Positions 56,639 to 64,000 of a DNA stretch of 64,000 bases are shown one piece after another; the first letter of the stretch is position 1, and the number at the start of each line of letters is the position of its first letter. The position numbers and the translations under genes were made by a program. The notes beneath the pieces are model-generated. The model saw nothing but the letters and a program-made list of their open reading frames with translations, was not told the origin of the DNA and ran no database searches. Origin of the DNA: a virus; the IMG/VR virus record IMGVR_UViG_3300021256_000014, positions 854-64,853 of that record, one strand, 5' to 3'.

Positions 56639-57013
56639 CTATCTCCTTTCGTAGTAATAGATCGGAACTTCCCATCCGGAATCCCATGTGTCATAGTAAT
56701 CGCCATCTATGACCGCCACCACATGGGACCCTGTAGCGACTAGAAATCTACCCTTAGGGTGATCCATACAAAACTCTTTAATCGTATAGCAGGCAGGGCA
56801 GGTATCTGGTATTACGTGCCTTCTATACCCGTTTAAGATTAAGTACTCGCCCCAGGATGAGTTAGATGAGGGCATCTCCGACAGATAGTAACTTGTCATG
56901 GAAAGGTCTGCATGAGTGTCTCTCCACGACTGGTTCATCAAAACCGAAATAGCCCTTACAGTACAATCGCTGGTATTCTTATTTACCGGATTTGCGTTAA
57001 ACCTGACGAACAT
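56639..57013 (-). CDS. papain-like/peptidase-like hypothetical protein
   Basis: DCTVRAI...HVVAV.DG.YYDTWDS Cys-His-Asp pattern. Confidence 0.55.
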   Translation of the reverse strand: MFVRFNANPVNKNTSDCTVRAISVLMNQSWRDTHADLSMTSYYLSEMPSSNSSWGEYLILNGYRRHVIPDTCPACYTIKEFCMDHPKGRFLVATGSHVVAVIDGDYYDTWDSGWEVPIYYYERR

Positions 57014-57368
57014 CTCCTATCTCCCTTTTGTCAACAATTCTCCACTCAAGCTCCTTAACGTTCTCGTTCATCGCATTCATGAGGATGCCGGAGGTTGGAG
57101 GATCGAAGTAAAGAGTAACTTTCTTAGACAGGTAGGTTTTAACCTCAGGGATCGACAGGCCGAGTGCTGTTTCGTTTGCAAGGAACTCATCCCACGAACC
57201 TTCGTTCTCATCGGAGATCTGATAGCCGTACACCCCGACCCCAAGCTCGTTAAGCGTGCCAAGAACGGTGTTCGTGTACTCGATGATCTCGGCATCAAAG
57301 GGAGTATAGTTGGGAGGGAGGTTCTTCTTAGCAGTTTGCAGAATGCTGTCCGTGTTCATTTTTCTCAC
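56997..57368 (-). CDS. head-tail connector/adaptor
   Basis: SILQTAKK...FD.EII...L.ELGVG...FDPP..ELEWR. Confidence 0.65.
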   Translation of the reverse strand: MRKMNTDSILQTAKKNLPPNYTPFDAEIIEYTNTVLGTLNELGVGVYGYQISDENEGSWDEFLANETALGLSIPEVKTYLSKKVTLYFDPPTSGILMNAMNENVKELEWRIVDKREIGDVRQV

Positions 57369-57371
57369 CTC

Positions 57372-57917
57372 CTAGATTTTCTTGTTAGTAAGTCGTCCTA
57401 TCGTTGTGTTCCAAATCTTCCTGTCAAGCCTTCCAAGAGGTGTGGAGTTATGGTAATCCTTAAAACTCTTCTTGGTGCTTTGTTTAGACTGCGTGTATTG
57501 CGAGTGCTTTCCGGCAATATCAAGTGCGGCTCTAATGTCCGCCATAGATGTTGGCTTAAGGCTGTTTACAAGCTCCTTGTAGCTTGGTATGCCTTTCTTC
57601 TTTTTCACGGCTTCAACCACTTTAGGAGCACCATACTTTACAGCGGCAACGTCCCTTTTGACTCTGTATTTAGCCTGGCTTACAAGGTCTGCGTTTGCCT
57701 TATGAAGCTTGCTAAGGCCGGTCTTATTGGCTATGCTCTTTGCTTTGTAGGCAGCAACTTCGGCCGGTGTATAGAGATAACGGTAGCTATCTCCTTCCTG
57801 TACCCTCATCAGGTACTTGTGATCCTTCTTCGAAGATCCTTTCTTTCGCCCAAAGCCAAAGAAGTGCTCTAAATAGGCGCCGGAAGAATCTCGTACTACA
57901 GCGTAATATGTACTCAT
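57372..57917 (-). CDS. basic protein with LEH leader (putative internal virion protein)
   Basis: MSTYYAVVRDSSGAYLEHFFGFG. Confidence 0.65.
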   Translation of the reverse strand: MSTYYAVVRDSSGAYLEHFFGFGRKKGSSKKDHKYLMRVQEGDSYRYLYTPAEVAAYKAKSIANKTGLSKLHKANADLVSQAKYRVKRDVAAVKYGAPKVVEAVKKKKGIPSYKELVNSLKPTSMADIRAALDIAGKHSQYTQSKQSTKKSFKDYHNSTPLGRLDRKIWNTTIGRLTNKKI

Positions 57918-57924
57918 AATTCTC

Positions 57925-58338
57925 CTATTTCCACGGGCACGTGTCGTTAGGCTTCCTCTCTATCGGTAGTTTTGGGAGCATGCGCTCTGAGCCGTAGTGG
58001 ATAGCCTGATGCGTGTCAAACGTCGTGGTTATTAAGTTGTTTAAATCTAATACTTTGGGATCTCGATTAAGAATATCTTCGATCGTGATTGGATTGATGT
58101 GATGAATGTAGGCGGCCTGATTGTGGATTTCGAAATCCGGGTGGGCAAGGTCACACCCATTATCTCTTTCAATGACTATGTTCCGTATCCTTCGCCATTC
58201 GGGATACTTGTACAGCATCTGATTTAAATAGCGCCGTGAACCAAAAGTGGCATTGCCAACTTGCCCGGTTATCTTAAGGTACTCGTATCGATCATGGAAA
58301 TCGGGGATCTCAATTAGCTCCAGATACGTCTTCGTCAT
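57925..58338 (-). CDS. HNH endonuclease (packaging-associated)
   Basis: RDNGCDL...IHHINP...NNL...THQAIH. Confidence 0.8.
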   Translation of the reverse strand: MTKTYLELIEIPDFHDRYEYLKITGQVGNATFGSRRYLNQMLYKYPEWRRIRNIVIERDNGCDLAHPDFEIHNQAAYIHHINPITIEDILNRDPKVLDLNNLITTTFDTHQAIHYGSERMLPKLPIERKPNDTCPWK

Positions 58339-58684
58339 CTGGTGTGGCGGATCTGTAAGAGCTGAACGCAGCCATAGCATCTGAATACATGGCCTCGATT
58401 CTCTTTGCGCTCTCCATAGCCTCCGTCTTTGCTTTCATATATTTCTTCTGTTCTTCCATGATCTCTTTTTCAAGCCTCGCCTTTGTAGATCCACGTCTTA
58501 GAAACTCTACGGTCTCCTGAGATGTGGCAGTACCATTCCTGATTCGCTGTTCGACTAGGTCGTAGGCTAGTGCAATAAGCTGATCCTCTCGCCTTTCCAA
58601 GGATCTAGCCTTTCTAGTCATAGGTTTTGAGGAAAATTCAGGAACCGGTACCGTCTCGATTGGTACTTTCTTCCTTCTTCCCAT
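58310..58684 (-). CDS. probable terminase small subunit
   Basis: First gene of late module next to HNH; helical; positional inference. Confidence 0.5.
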   Translation of the reverse strand: MGRRKKVPIETVPVPEFSSKPMTRKARSLERREDQLIALAYDLVEQRIRNGTATSQETVEFLRRGSTKARLEKEIMEEQKKYMKAKTEAMESAKRIEAMYSDAMAAFSSYRSATPDDEDVSGAN

Positions 58685-58704
58685 AAAAATTGCTCCTTTC
58701 TTTG

Positions 58705-58834
58705 CCTAATAGACATCTATAGAAACACAAATACCGCTGAACGTGAAAGATCCTCACTCGTTCAGGCGTAAACGAGGCTCAGGGGAGGCCGAAAGGAGAC
58801 AGCAGCACTTGTGTTTCCATAGACATTTACTAGG
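58705..58834 (-). ncRNA. long structured RNA element in leader of late operon
   Basis: ~35-bp stem whose + strand A.C mismatches nearly all become G.U pairs on the minus strand; branched apex. Confidence 0.55.
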
Positions 58835-58904
58835 TATTGGGTTACTTCAGGTGGGTTTGTGGTGAGTTTCGGAGAAATATCAGTGCAAAACTTGTAGAAA
58901 TATC

Positions 58905-58975
58905 AACCCCCGGAGAAATTTTGAGGAAGGCGCCGATGCAAAGGGGGTGGCCCTTTAAAGACCCCCTCCCCCCTA
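58905..58975. other. candidate genome terminus / cos region
   Basis: GC-rich G/C-run segment (GGGGGT...ACCCCC) in the large intergenic gap upstream of terS-HNH. Confidence 0.35.
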
Positions 58976-59153
58976 TTTGATTCCCAAACTCCCATGTAAA
59001 ATATGGCCATTCAAGCCGTTAATTGGCTCAAAACAGCCATAAATATAGCATGAGAGCTTGGGAACACTTATGGAGGATACAACATGAAAATATAGCAATC
59101 AAAGGTTGCCACTTTTCTACAGGTTTGGGGTCGAATTCGCTACAAAAATATAG

Positions 59154-59447
59154 CTAAACAGCAACGGAATCTCTATACACTTTGTTATAGATAGGAATTA
59201 GTATGTCTGCATCATGAGGATATAGCTTTACATGCAGACCATAAGGATCAACTTCTAGCAATCTCTGACAACCAAAGTCAACAAGTTCTTCTTGTTCTTC
59301 CATAGGCAAGTCACTAGAAGACTTGGACAGAATAGCAATCCATTGATCTGTATGATAGCCATGCTGTGTGTCATGGTCTAGCCACTCATGGTAGTGTGTA
59401 AAGGGATTCCATGGGTTGTCTATAGTAGTAATCATATAATCACCCAT
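59154..59447 (-). CDS. conserved hypothetical protein downstream of polymerase
   Basis: MITTIDNPWNPFT...W...D...GY motif; RBS. Confidence 0.65.
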   Translation of the reverse strand: MGDYMITTIDNPWNPFTHYHEWLDHDTQHGYHTDQWIAILSKSSSDLPMEEQEELVDFGCQRLLEVDPYGLHVKLYPHDADILIPIYNKVYRDSVAV

Positions 59448-59462
59448 AAATATACTCCTTTC

Positions 59463-62400
59463 TTACTTCTTACCATTAGTGATGTTGTACACACTGCTTG
59501 TAGATATACCTAATCTATCAGCAATCTCTTTACCGCTATATCCTTGTGCTTTCATAGCCTTGGCAATAGACTCTTTTGCAGAAGATATAGCTACAGAGTG
59601 CTTAGGCATGGCACGCTTTTTAAGCTCATCCATGTCGCAATGCCCAAGTATATTTTCAAGCTTATTTGGAGATATAGCGCGCGCCTGAATAGCTTCCCAT
59701 TCGCGATCAGAAATAACGATCCGGTCTTTGCCATTAGGATTATATTTTTTCCTGGAAGCCGTAATGGCTTGCCCACTAAATTTACGCTCTTCCTCATAAG
59801 TCATCTCAGGATTATCGCGTTTTTGATAAAATAACTTCCTATTAGCGTCAAGCTGCGCTCGTCTTTCTCTTGGTGCGTTCTGAAGCGCTCTCTTATATTT
59901 ATCGTCAAGAGATTTAACTTCTTCTGCATATTTTTTCTCAGCTTCAGGGTCTTTTTTATATGTAGTGGTGCTTAACCACTCTTTTCTTGCAGCATTTCCT
60001 AAAGCCTTCATTTGGTTAGCATATTCTGCGTAGTACTTCTCTTTTAAATAACCGGGGTTATCTTTGCTTCCACCAGACGTAAGAGAATATGCATCAGAGT
60101 AGAAATCCATCTTTCTAATTTCGCTGGTCTTGCCCTTTGTTTTAAGCTCTCCCTTAAAATCAGATTCCTCTGCATAGCGGCGTGTCTTCTTTCCGGGATT
60201 AGCAGGATCATTCACTAAATAATATAGTCTGTCACTGTTCTTGTCCCGATTAACAATAACCTTGCCGCCCTTCTCATACTCGCTTTCAGAAATATACTTT
60301 CTTATTGGCTTACCAGTAGTTGCATCCACATCGTCGTAATATGACAGACCAGTCTTTCTTTCCTTCTTGACAGTTACATATTCGCCAGTAGAAATAAGAC
60401 GATCCTTAATATTACCACTAGTGGTGGTCTTGCCAGTTGTCTTAAATATCTTCTCGCCAGTTTCAGGATCTATAGATCTCTTTATTTCTCCGGTCTTCGG
60501 ATCTATAGACTCCTTTGTTGCAAACCAGTCTTTTCTCTGGTCTACATGGATAGGACTCTTTGCTCTGGATATGATAGTAGAAGCTCCACCAGTTTGATAT
60601 ATTTCCTTAAGCTCTTTGATTCCATTTTCTTTCTCAGACCGTTTCCAGTCGAGCTCGTGCTTTTCAGCGTCAATAACAACCATGGAATGTTTAACGGCTC
60701 TTGCGATATGATCATCCGGCGCACCTTTAAGTGTCATATCCGTAATAAGATTGGATACTTTACCCATCTCCTGCTGTTTGAGCTTATTGGTAATAACCTG
60801 CATTCCCTCATATTTAGGATATGCTTCCTGAGGATCAAAATCCTTAAGCTCTTTTAAAGAGTCTTTAGATTTGATCCTTACTTTGCTACTAAGTGGAATA
60901 ACGACAACAGTATCGCCATCGAAATCAGCGCCTGACAATTTAGCAGCATTCTTAGAATTAATACCAACAGCATCCGGCACATCGCCTAATATCTTCTGTG
61001 CCACAGACCCTTTGTTTCTAACTGTAAGCTCAGCTATCTCAAATGGTCCTGCGTGGGGATATCGAATGCATGCAACCCTAGTTCCGTCTTTGTAGTTAGG
61101 CGCATATATTTCGTTATCCTTAAGTTCAGGAAATGGCAAAATAACATGCGTCTGCTGACCAGGAAATGGCGCCGCTTTAAGCTCAGCTGCGGCAGAGTCG
61201 CATTTGTCGCCAAACTGAATAAGAAGATTTTTCTTAATAACAGGATTTTCCAATCCTTTGATCTCTTCGTATTCAAGTTTCTTATATTTTGCGGCTAAGC
61301 CAAGCTGTCTTTCGATAAGCTCTTTAGGCTGCTTGGATAAGAACTGAGAAGCAAGATTTTTATCCCACTTCATCCATGTGCCTTCGGCATTAACTATATT
61401 TGCGGCGGAAACATGTCTCGTTCCATCTGGGGCATCGTACTGAAGCTGAGAAGATATCTTATCATCAATACTTGCGCCAAACGGATTATCCCAGTTGATC
61501 TCTTTAGTACCGTCTGCATTCTTCTTGGTCTTCATCTGCTTTAAGACGGTATTATCGCCTTCGCCAAGCATGGGAGTGCCTTTGTGTTTATTCGTGTTAA
61601 ATACAACATCGTATCCTTCAGGGATATCATCAGAATACCGGCACATGCCTTTAAGATAATGAGTATTGTCAACGCCCATTCGTATCTGGGCATATCGAGA
61701 TGATCCAATAGAAATATCATCCATTCCTGGGCGAATCTCAATAAGACCATCTTTCTCTTTACCGCCATCTTCAGCATACCTGATTAAGACTCTATCTGAA
61801 GATATACACTCTACTTTGTGAAGACCAAGCTCTGTAAGATCGCCGTTAGCATCATAGACTTTAGGTTCATCTTTTACTCTGGCAATATCGAATTTATGCT
61901 CAAGCAGATCAGAATATGTTACATCCGGAGCAGTAAGCGTCTTTATGGTAACCATGTTGCCAGGAGAGCCCATGTTACGAATATAAACAAGTTCCTGATG
62001 ATAACCCTTATCCTCAAGCAGAGCAATGGCGTTATTAAGATTACTTGAGTTTGTACCAAGCTCAAGCTCGGTTCCCGGGCCTACATCGATATACTTCTTC
62101 TTATCGACTAAAGCTTTCAAAATATCGGCCGTCTGTTCGGCAGCATCTCTCTTGCCAGATTTAAAGTCGTTGATCCATCCTCTGATAGTAGACTCGTTTA
62201 CAGCCTTGCCGGTATCGGTGTACTTTGCCATCTCTTCGCCGATCTTACGCTTGCTCCAGTCAGGATGGTCTTCTTCATATTTGGCAGCCATCCTCCTAAG
62301 CTCAGCAGTACGATTCTTTGTAGCAACGGCATAATCTTTGGCAAGCTTGTCTGTTGATGGTTCTCCTTTCTTATTTACGCATCCAAGCTTTTGAGCTATT

Positions 62401-62573
62401 TCAATCTCTTTAAGTCCTTCTCGCCTGAGTTTGCGGACCTGATTGTAAAAGTCGAAATATCGCTGAAACCCATCTTCTCCGGATCCCCAAGGATATCGTC
62501 CAGAATGCCCGCCATTAAGATGACCAACGCCATAATGTGATAAGAAATCACCAGTCTCATCAACGAAGTACAC
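59463..62573 (-). CDS. single-subunit two-barrel RNA polymerase (YonO/cellular-RdRP-like) with N- and C-terminal HTH domains
   Basis: IRYPHAG and KLSGADFDGDTVVV catalytic motifs; C-terminal HTH GYSGKEIADRLGISTSSVYNI; GTG start at 62573 after AAGGGGTG. Confidence 0.75.
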   Translation of the reverse strand: MYFVDETGDFLSHYGVGHLNGGHSGRYPWGSGEDGFQRYFDFYNQVRKLRREGLKEIEIAQKLGCVNKKGEPSTDKLAKDYAVATKNRTAELRRMAAKYEEDHPDWSKRKIGEEMAKYTDTGKAVNESTIRGWINDFKSGKRDAAEQTADILKALVDKKKYIDVGPGTELELGTNSSNLNNAIALLEDKGYHQELVYIRNMGSPGNMVTIKTLTAPDVTYSDLLEHKFDIARVKDEPKVYDANGDLTELGLHKVECISSDRVLIRYAEDGGKEKDGLIEIRPGMDDISIGSSRYAQIRMGVDNTHYLKGMCRYSDDIPEGYDVVFNTNKHKGTPMLGEGDNTVLKQMKTKKNADGTKEINWDNPFGASIDDKISSQLQYDAPDGTRHVSAANIVNAEGTWMKWDKNLASQFLSKQPKELIERQLGLAAKYKKLEYEEIKGLENPVIKKNLLIQFGDKCDSAAAELKAAPFPGQQTHVILPFPELKDNEIYAPNYKDGTRVACIRYPHAGPFEIAELTVRNKGSVAQKILGDVPDAVGINSKNAAKLSGADFDGDTVVVIPLSSKVRIKSKDSLKELKDFDPQEAYPKYEGMQVITNKLKQQEMGKVSNLITDMTLKGAPDDHIARAVKHSMVVIDAEKHELDWKRSEKENGIKELKEIYQTGGASTIISRAKSPIHVDQRKDWFATKESIDPKTGEIKRSIDPETGEKIFKTTGKTTTSGNIKDRLISTGEYVTVKKERKTGLSYYDDVDATTGKPIRKYISESEYEKGGKVIVNRDKNSDRLYYLVNDPANPGKKTRRYAEESDFKGELKTKGKTSEIRKMDFYSDAYSLTSGGSKDNPGYLKEKYYAEYANQMKALGNAARKEWLSTTTYKKDPEAEKKYAEEVKSLDDKYKRALQNAPRERRAQLDANRKLFYQKRDNPEMTYEEERKFSGQAITASRKKYNPNGKDRIVISDREWEAIQARAISPNKLENILGHCDMDELKKRAMPKHSVAISSAKESIAKAMKAQGYSGKEIADRLGISTSSVYNITNGKK

Positions 62574-63246
62574 TACCTTCACCCCTTTCAAACTTACTTG
62601 CAACATCGTTTATATGTAAAATAGTATTGAGCAAGGATTTAATTTCTTCGCCTGTAGGCTGCTCAATATATATTTCACCATTCTGATAAATCCGAGCTTC
62701 AAAGTTAGTTTTAAGAGGGTCGAGTCTGTTCTCATAACAGTATAAAGCGGAATAAATAAAGACCTGCTCAATCTTGGCAGGCCTTGAACCGGTTTTCAGA
62801 TCAGATATTCTAAGCAGATTGTCTTTAGGATAAAAACGAACAGCATCTGCGGTCCCCTCAATTAGCTTGGATACCGAGAGCTTTTGCTCAGATTCCATCC
62901 TAAAGCCTATTGAATCACAAACGAACATCTTCACGGATAAGAACGCTTCCCCAGGAAGATATCGAAGATGGTTAAGAAATGTCGAGCCAATTTTAGAATC
63001 GTACAGCTTCGATGTCTCCATCATGTACTTATCATAAATATAACTCTTAACTCCTCTCTCAACTTCTCTTATGCCGGAGGGCTTGGATCCTAATATAATC
63101 TGATGTGATGCCCATTCATGTATCTCCGTTCCAATATCCGAACGATACTTGTTCTTGAATGCTTCAATAACTTGTGCATCCGTGTACCGCACCCATGATG
63201 GTTGGCTAGGAGGGAACGGCGCGTGCGAAATGCTTGTCGAGCTCAT
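62560..63246 (-). CDS. PD-(D/E)XK Cas4/RecB-like nuclease
   Basis: GTEIHE, SEQ.L, GTADA, ISDLKTG, EQVFIY motifs. Confidence 0.75.
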   Translation of the reverse strand: MSSTSISHAPFPPSQPSWVRYTDAQVIEAFKNKYRSDIGTEIHEWASHQIILGSKPSGIREVERGVKSYIYDKYMMETSKLYDSKIGSTFLNHLRYLPGEAFLSVKMFVCDSIGFRMESEQKLSVSKLIEGTADAVRFYPKDNLLRISDLKTGSRPAKIEQVFIYSALYCYENRLDPLKTNFEARIYQNGEIYIEQPTGEEIKSLLNTILHINDVASKFERGEGSVLR

Positions 63247-63526
63247 GAAGTATTACCTCCTCGTTCTCAGGAAAAATATAAGCGGCAAACGACATCTCGT
63301 TTAACCGCTTAACATACCTTGGCTGATTAGCCCTTGTTCCTGTTTGTTTTTTAAGTGCTTCTTTCTCGCTCTTCTTCACCTCAAGCACGGCCCAATAATC
63401 TTTATACAATATCGTAAGATCAGGAATACCACTCTTGTAATTTGGGTCATTCTTTAGAACCATACAGCCGGGATAGCGATCTTTAAGCTTTTTAATGAGA
63501 TCCTTTTGAAAGTCTCTCTCAAGCAT
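63206..63526 (-). CDS. VRR-NUC / Holliday junction resolvase-like nuclease
   Basis: ERDFQ...GIPDL...LEVK...NQ. Confidence 0.75.
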   Translation of the reverse strand: MLERDFQKDLIKKLKDRYPGCMVLKNDPNYKSGIPDLTILYKDYWAVLEVKKSEKEALKKQTGTRANQPRYVKRLNEMSFAAYIFPENEEVILHELDKHFARAVPS

Positions 63527-63546
63527 TAAATCACCACCCTTCAAAG

Positions 63547-63574
63547 AAAAATGAGAACAAAATTGCTTGTTCTC
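63547..63574 (-). terminator. hairpin plus T run just downstream of motif (attenuator-like)
   Basis: GAGAACAA-GCAATT-TTGTTCTC-ATTTTT. Confidence 0.5.
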
Positions 63575-63583
63575 TTTCCTATT

Positions 63584-63611
63584 CTATTATAGGCGAAAAA
63601 ATGCGCGCGAA
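63584..63611 (-). promoter_or_regulatory. divergent copy of 28-bp motif upstream of nuclease-polymerase operon
   Basis: ctattataggcgaaaaaatgcgcgcgaa; same spacing. Confidence 0.5.
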
Positions 63612-63636
63612 ATTGTTACAAAGTTGTTACATGATT

Positions 63637-63873
63637 TTACTCATCTCCGTGCTCCAATAAATACAGTTCGTTTTCGTATTCTGCCCTATCCTCTTCTTCC
63701 TTAGTTTTGTTAAAATTATCGCATACACAAAACTCGCAAAGGGTGTCGTCAAAATATTCATCGAACGCTTCCTCAAGATAGTTCTCCCATCCTAAGTAAA
63801 TAAGATGATCACGAAATCTGGCTTCTGCATCGCCAGAATCGAACCTATTACCGCAACATTCACACTTCTTCAT
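63637..63873 (-). CDS. small acidic Zn-finger protein
   Basis: CECC and CEFC motifs; AAGGAGG RBS. Confidence 0.6.
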   Translation of the reverse strand: MKKCECCGNRFDSGDAEARFRDHLIYLGWENYLEEAFDEYFDDTLCEFCVCDNFNKTKEEEDRAEYENELYLLEHGDE

Positions 63874-64000
63874 GTCAACCTCCTTAGCCTATAGAAATAT
63901 AAACTAAGGAGATTGTACGTCACCTGCGTTTGACTTTCAAGTAGGTGTTCTCGTTGAAGGATCTCTTCTGTTTCAATGCTCTTGCTATTGCCAGATCAAT

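Noticed and set aside
58780-58807. SRP-RNA-like GG-CC-GAAA-GG-AG-CAGC loop on + strand
   Set aside because: Imperfect match, and the G.U pattern indicates the minus strand is the structured one
2268-62573. High frequency of AAGCT/AAGCTT
   Set aside because: Explained by Lys-Leu and Glu-Leu codon usage (AAG/GAG CTT) in minus-strand genes

Overview
Nearly complete genome of a temperate siphophage, probably infecting a Bacillota/Clostridia host (strong AAGGAGG RBSs, Dp-1-type holin, SleB-like hydrolase, amidase-glucosaminidase-SPOR lysin). It appears non-integrated: attP carrying a tRNA 3' end lies intact beside the integrase. Essentially every credible gene is on the minus strand. Modules: replication (SF2 helicase, iteron-rich origin, SSB, 1477-aa helicase-primase-PolB fusion); an early/accessory region (about 15-24.4 kb) built of single-gene cassettes; integrase/attP; lysin; tail; head; packaging; and a 1047-aa two-barrel (DFDGD) polymerase with HTH domains. 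The most notable signal is a candidate self-contained transcription system with four parts: (i) this single-subunit polymerase; (ii) 21 copies of a fixed-length 28-bp non-sigmaA motif upstream of early cassettes and of the polymerase operon; (iii) two motif-driven cassettes that contain structured non-coding RNAs rather than ORFs; (iv) an N-terminal L-x-H leader shared by the polymerase and four basic proteins and echoed in the capsid scaffold region, suggesting protease-processed capsid targeting. All calls are from visual motif recognition. No database searches or folding programs were run.
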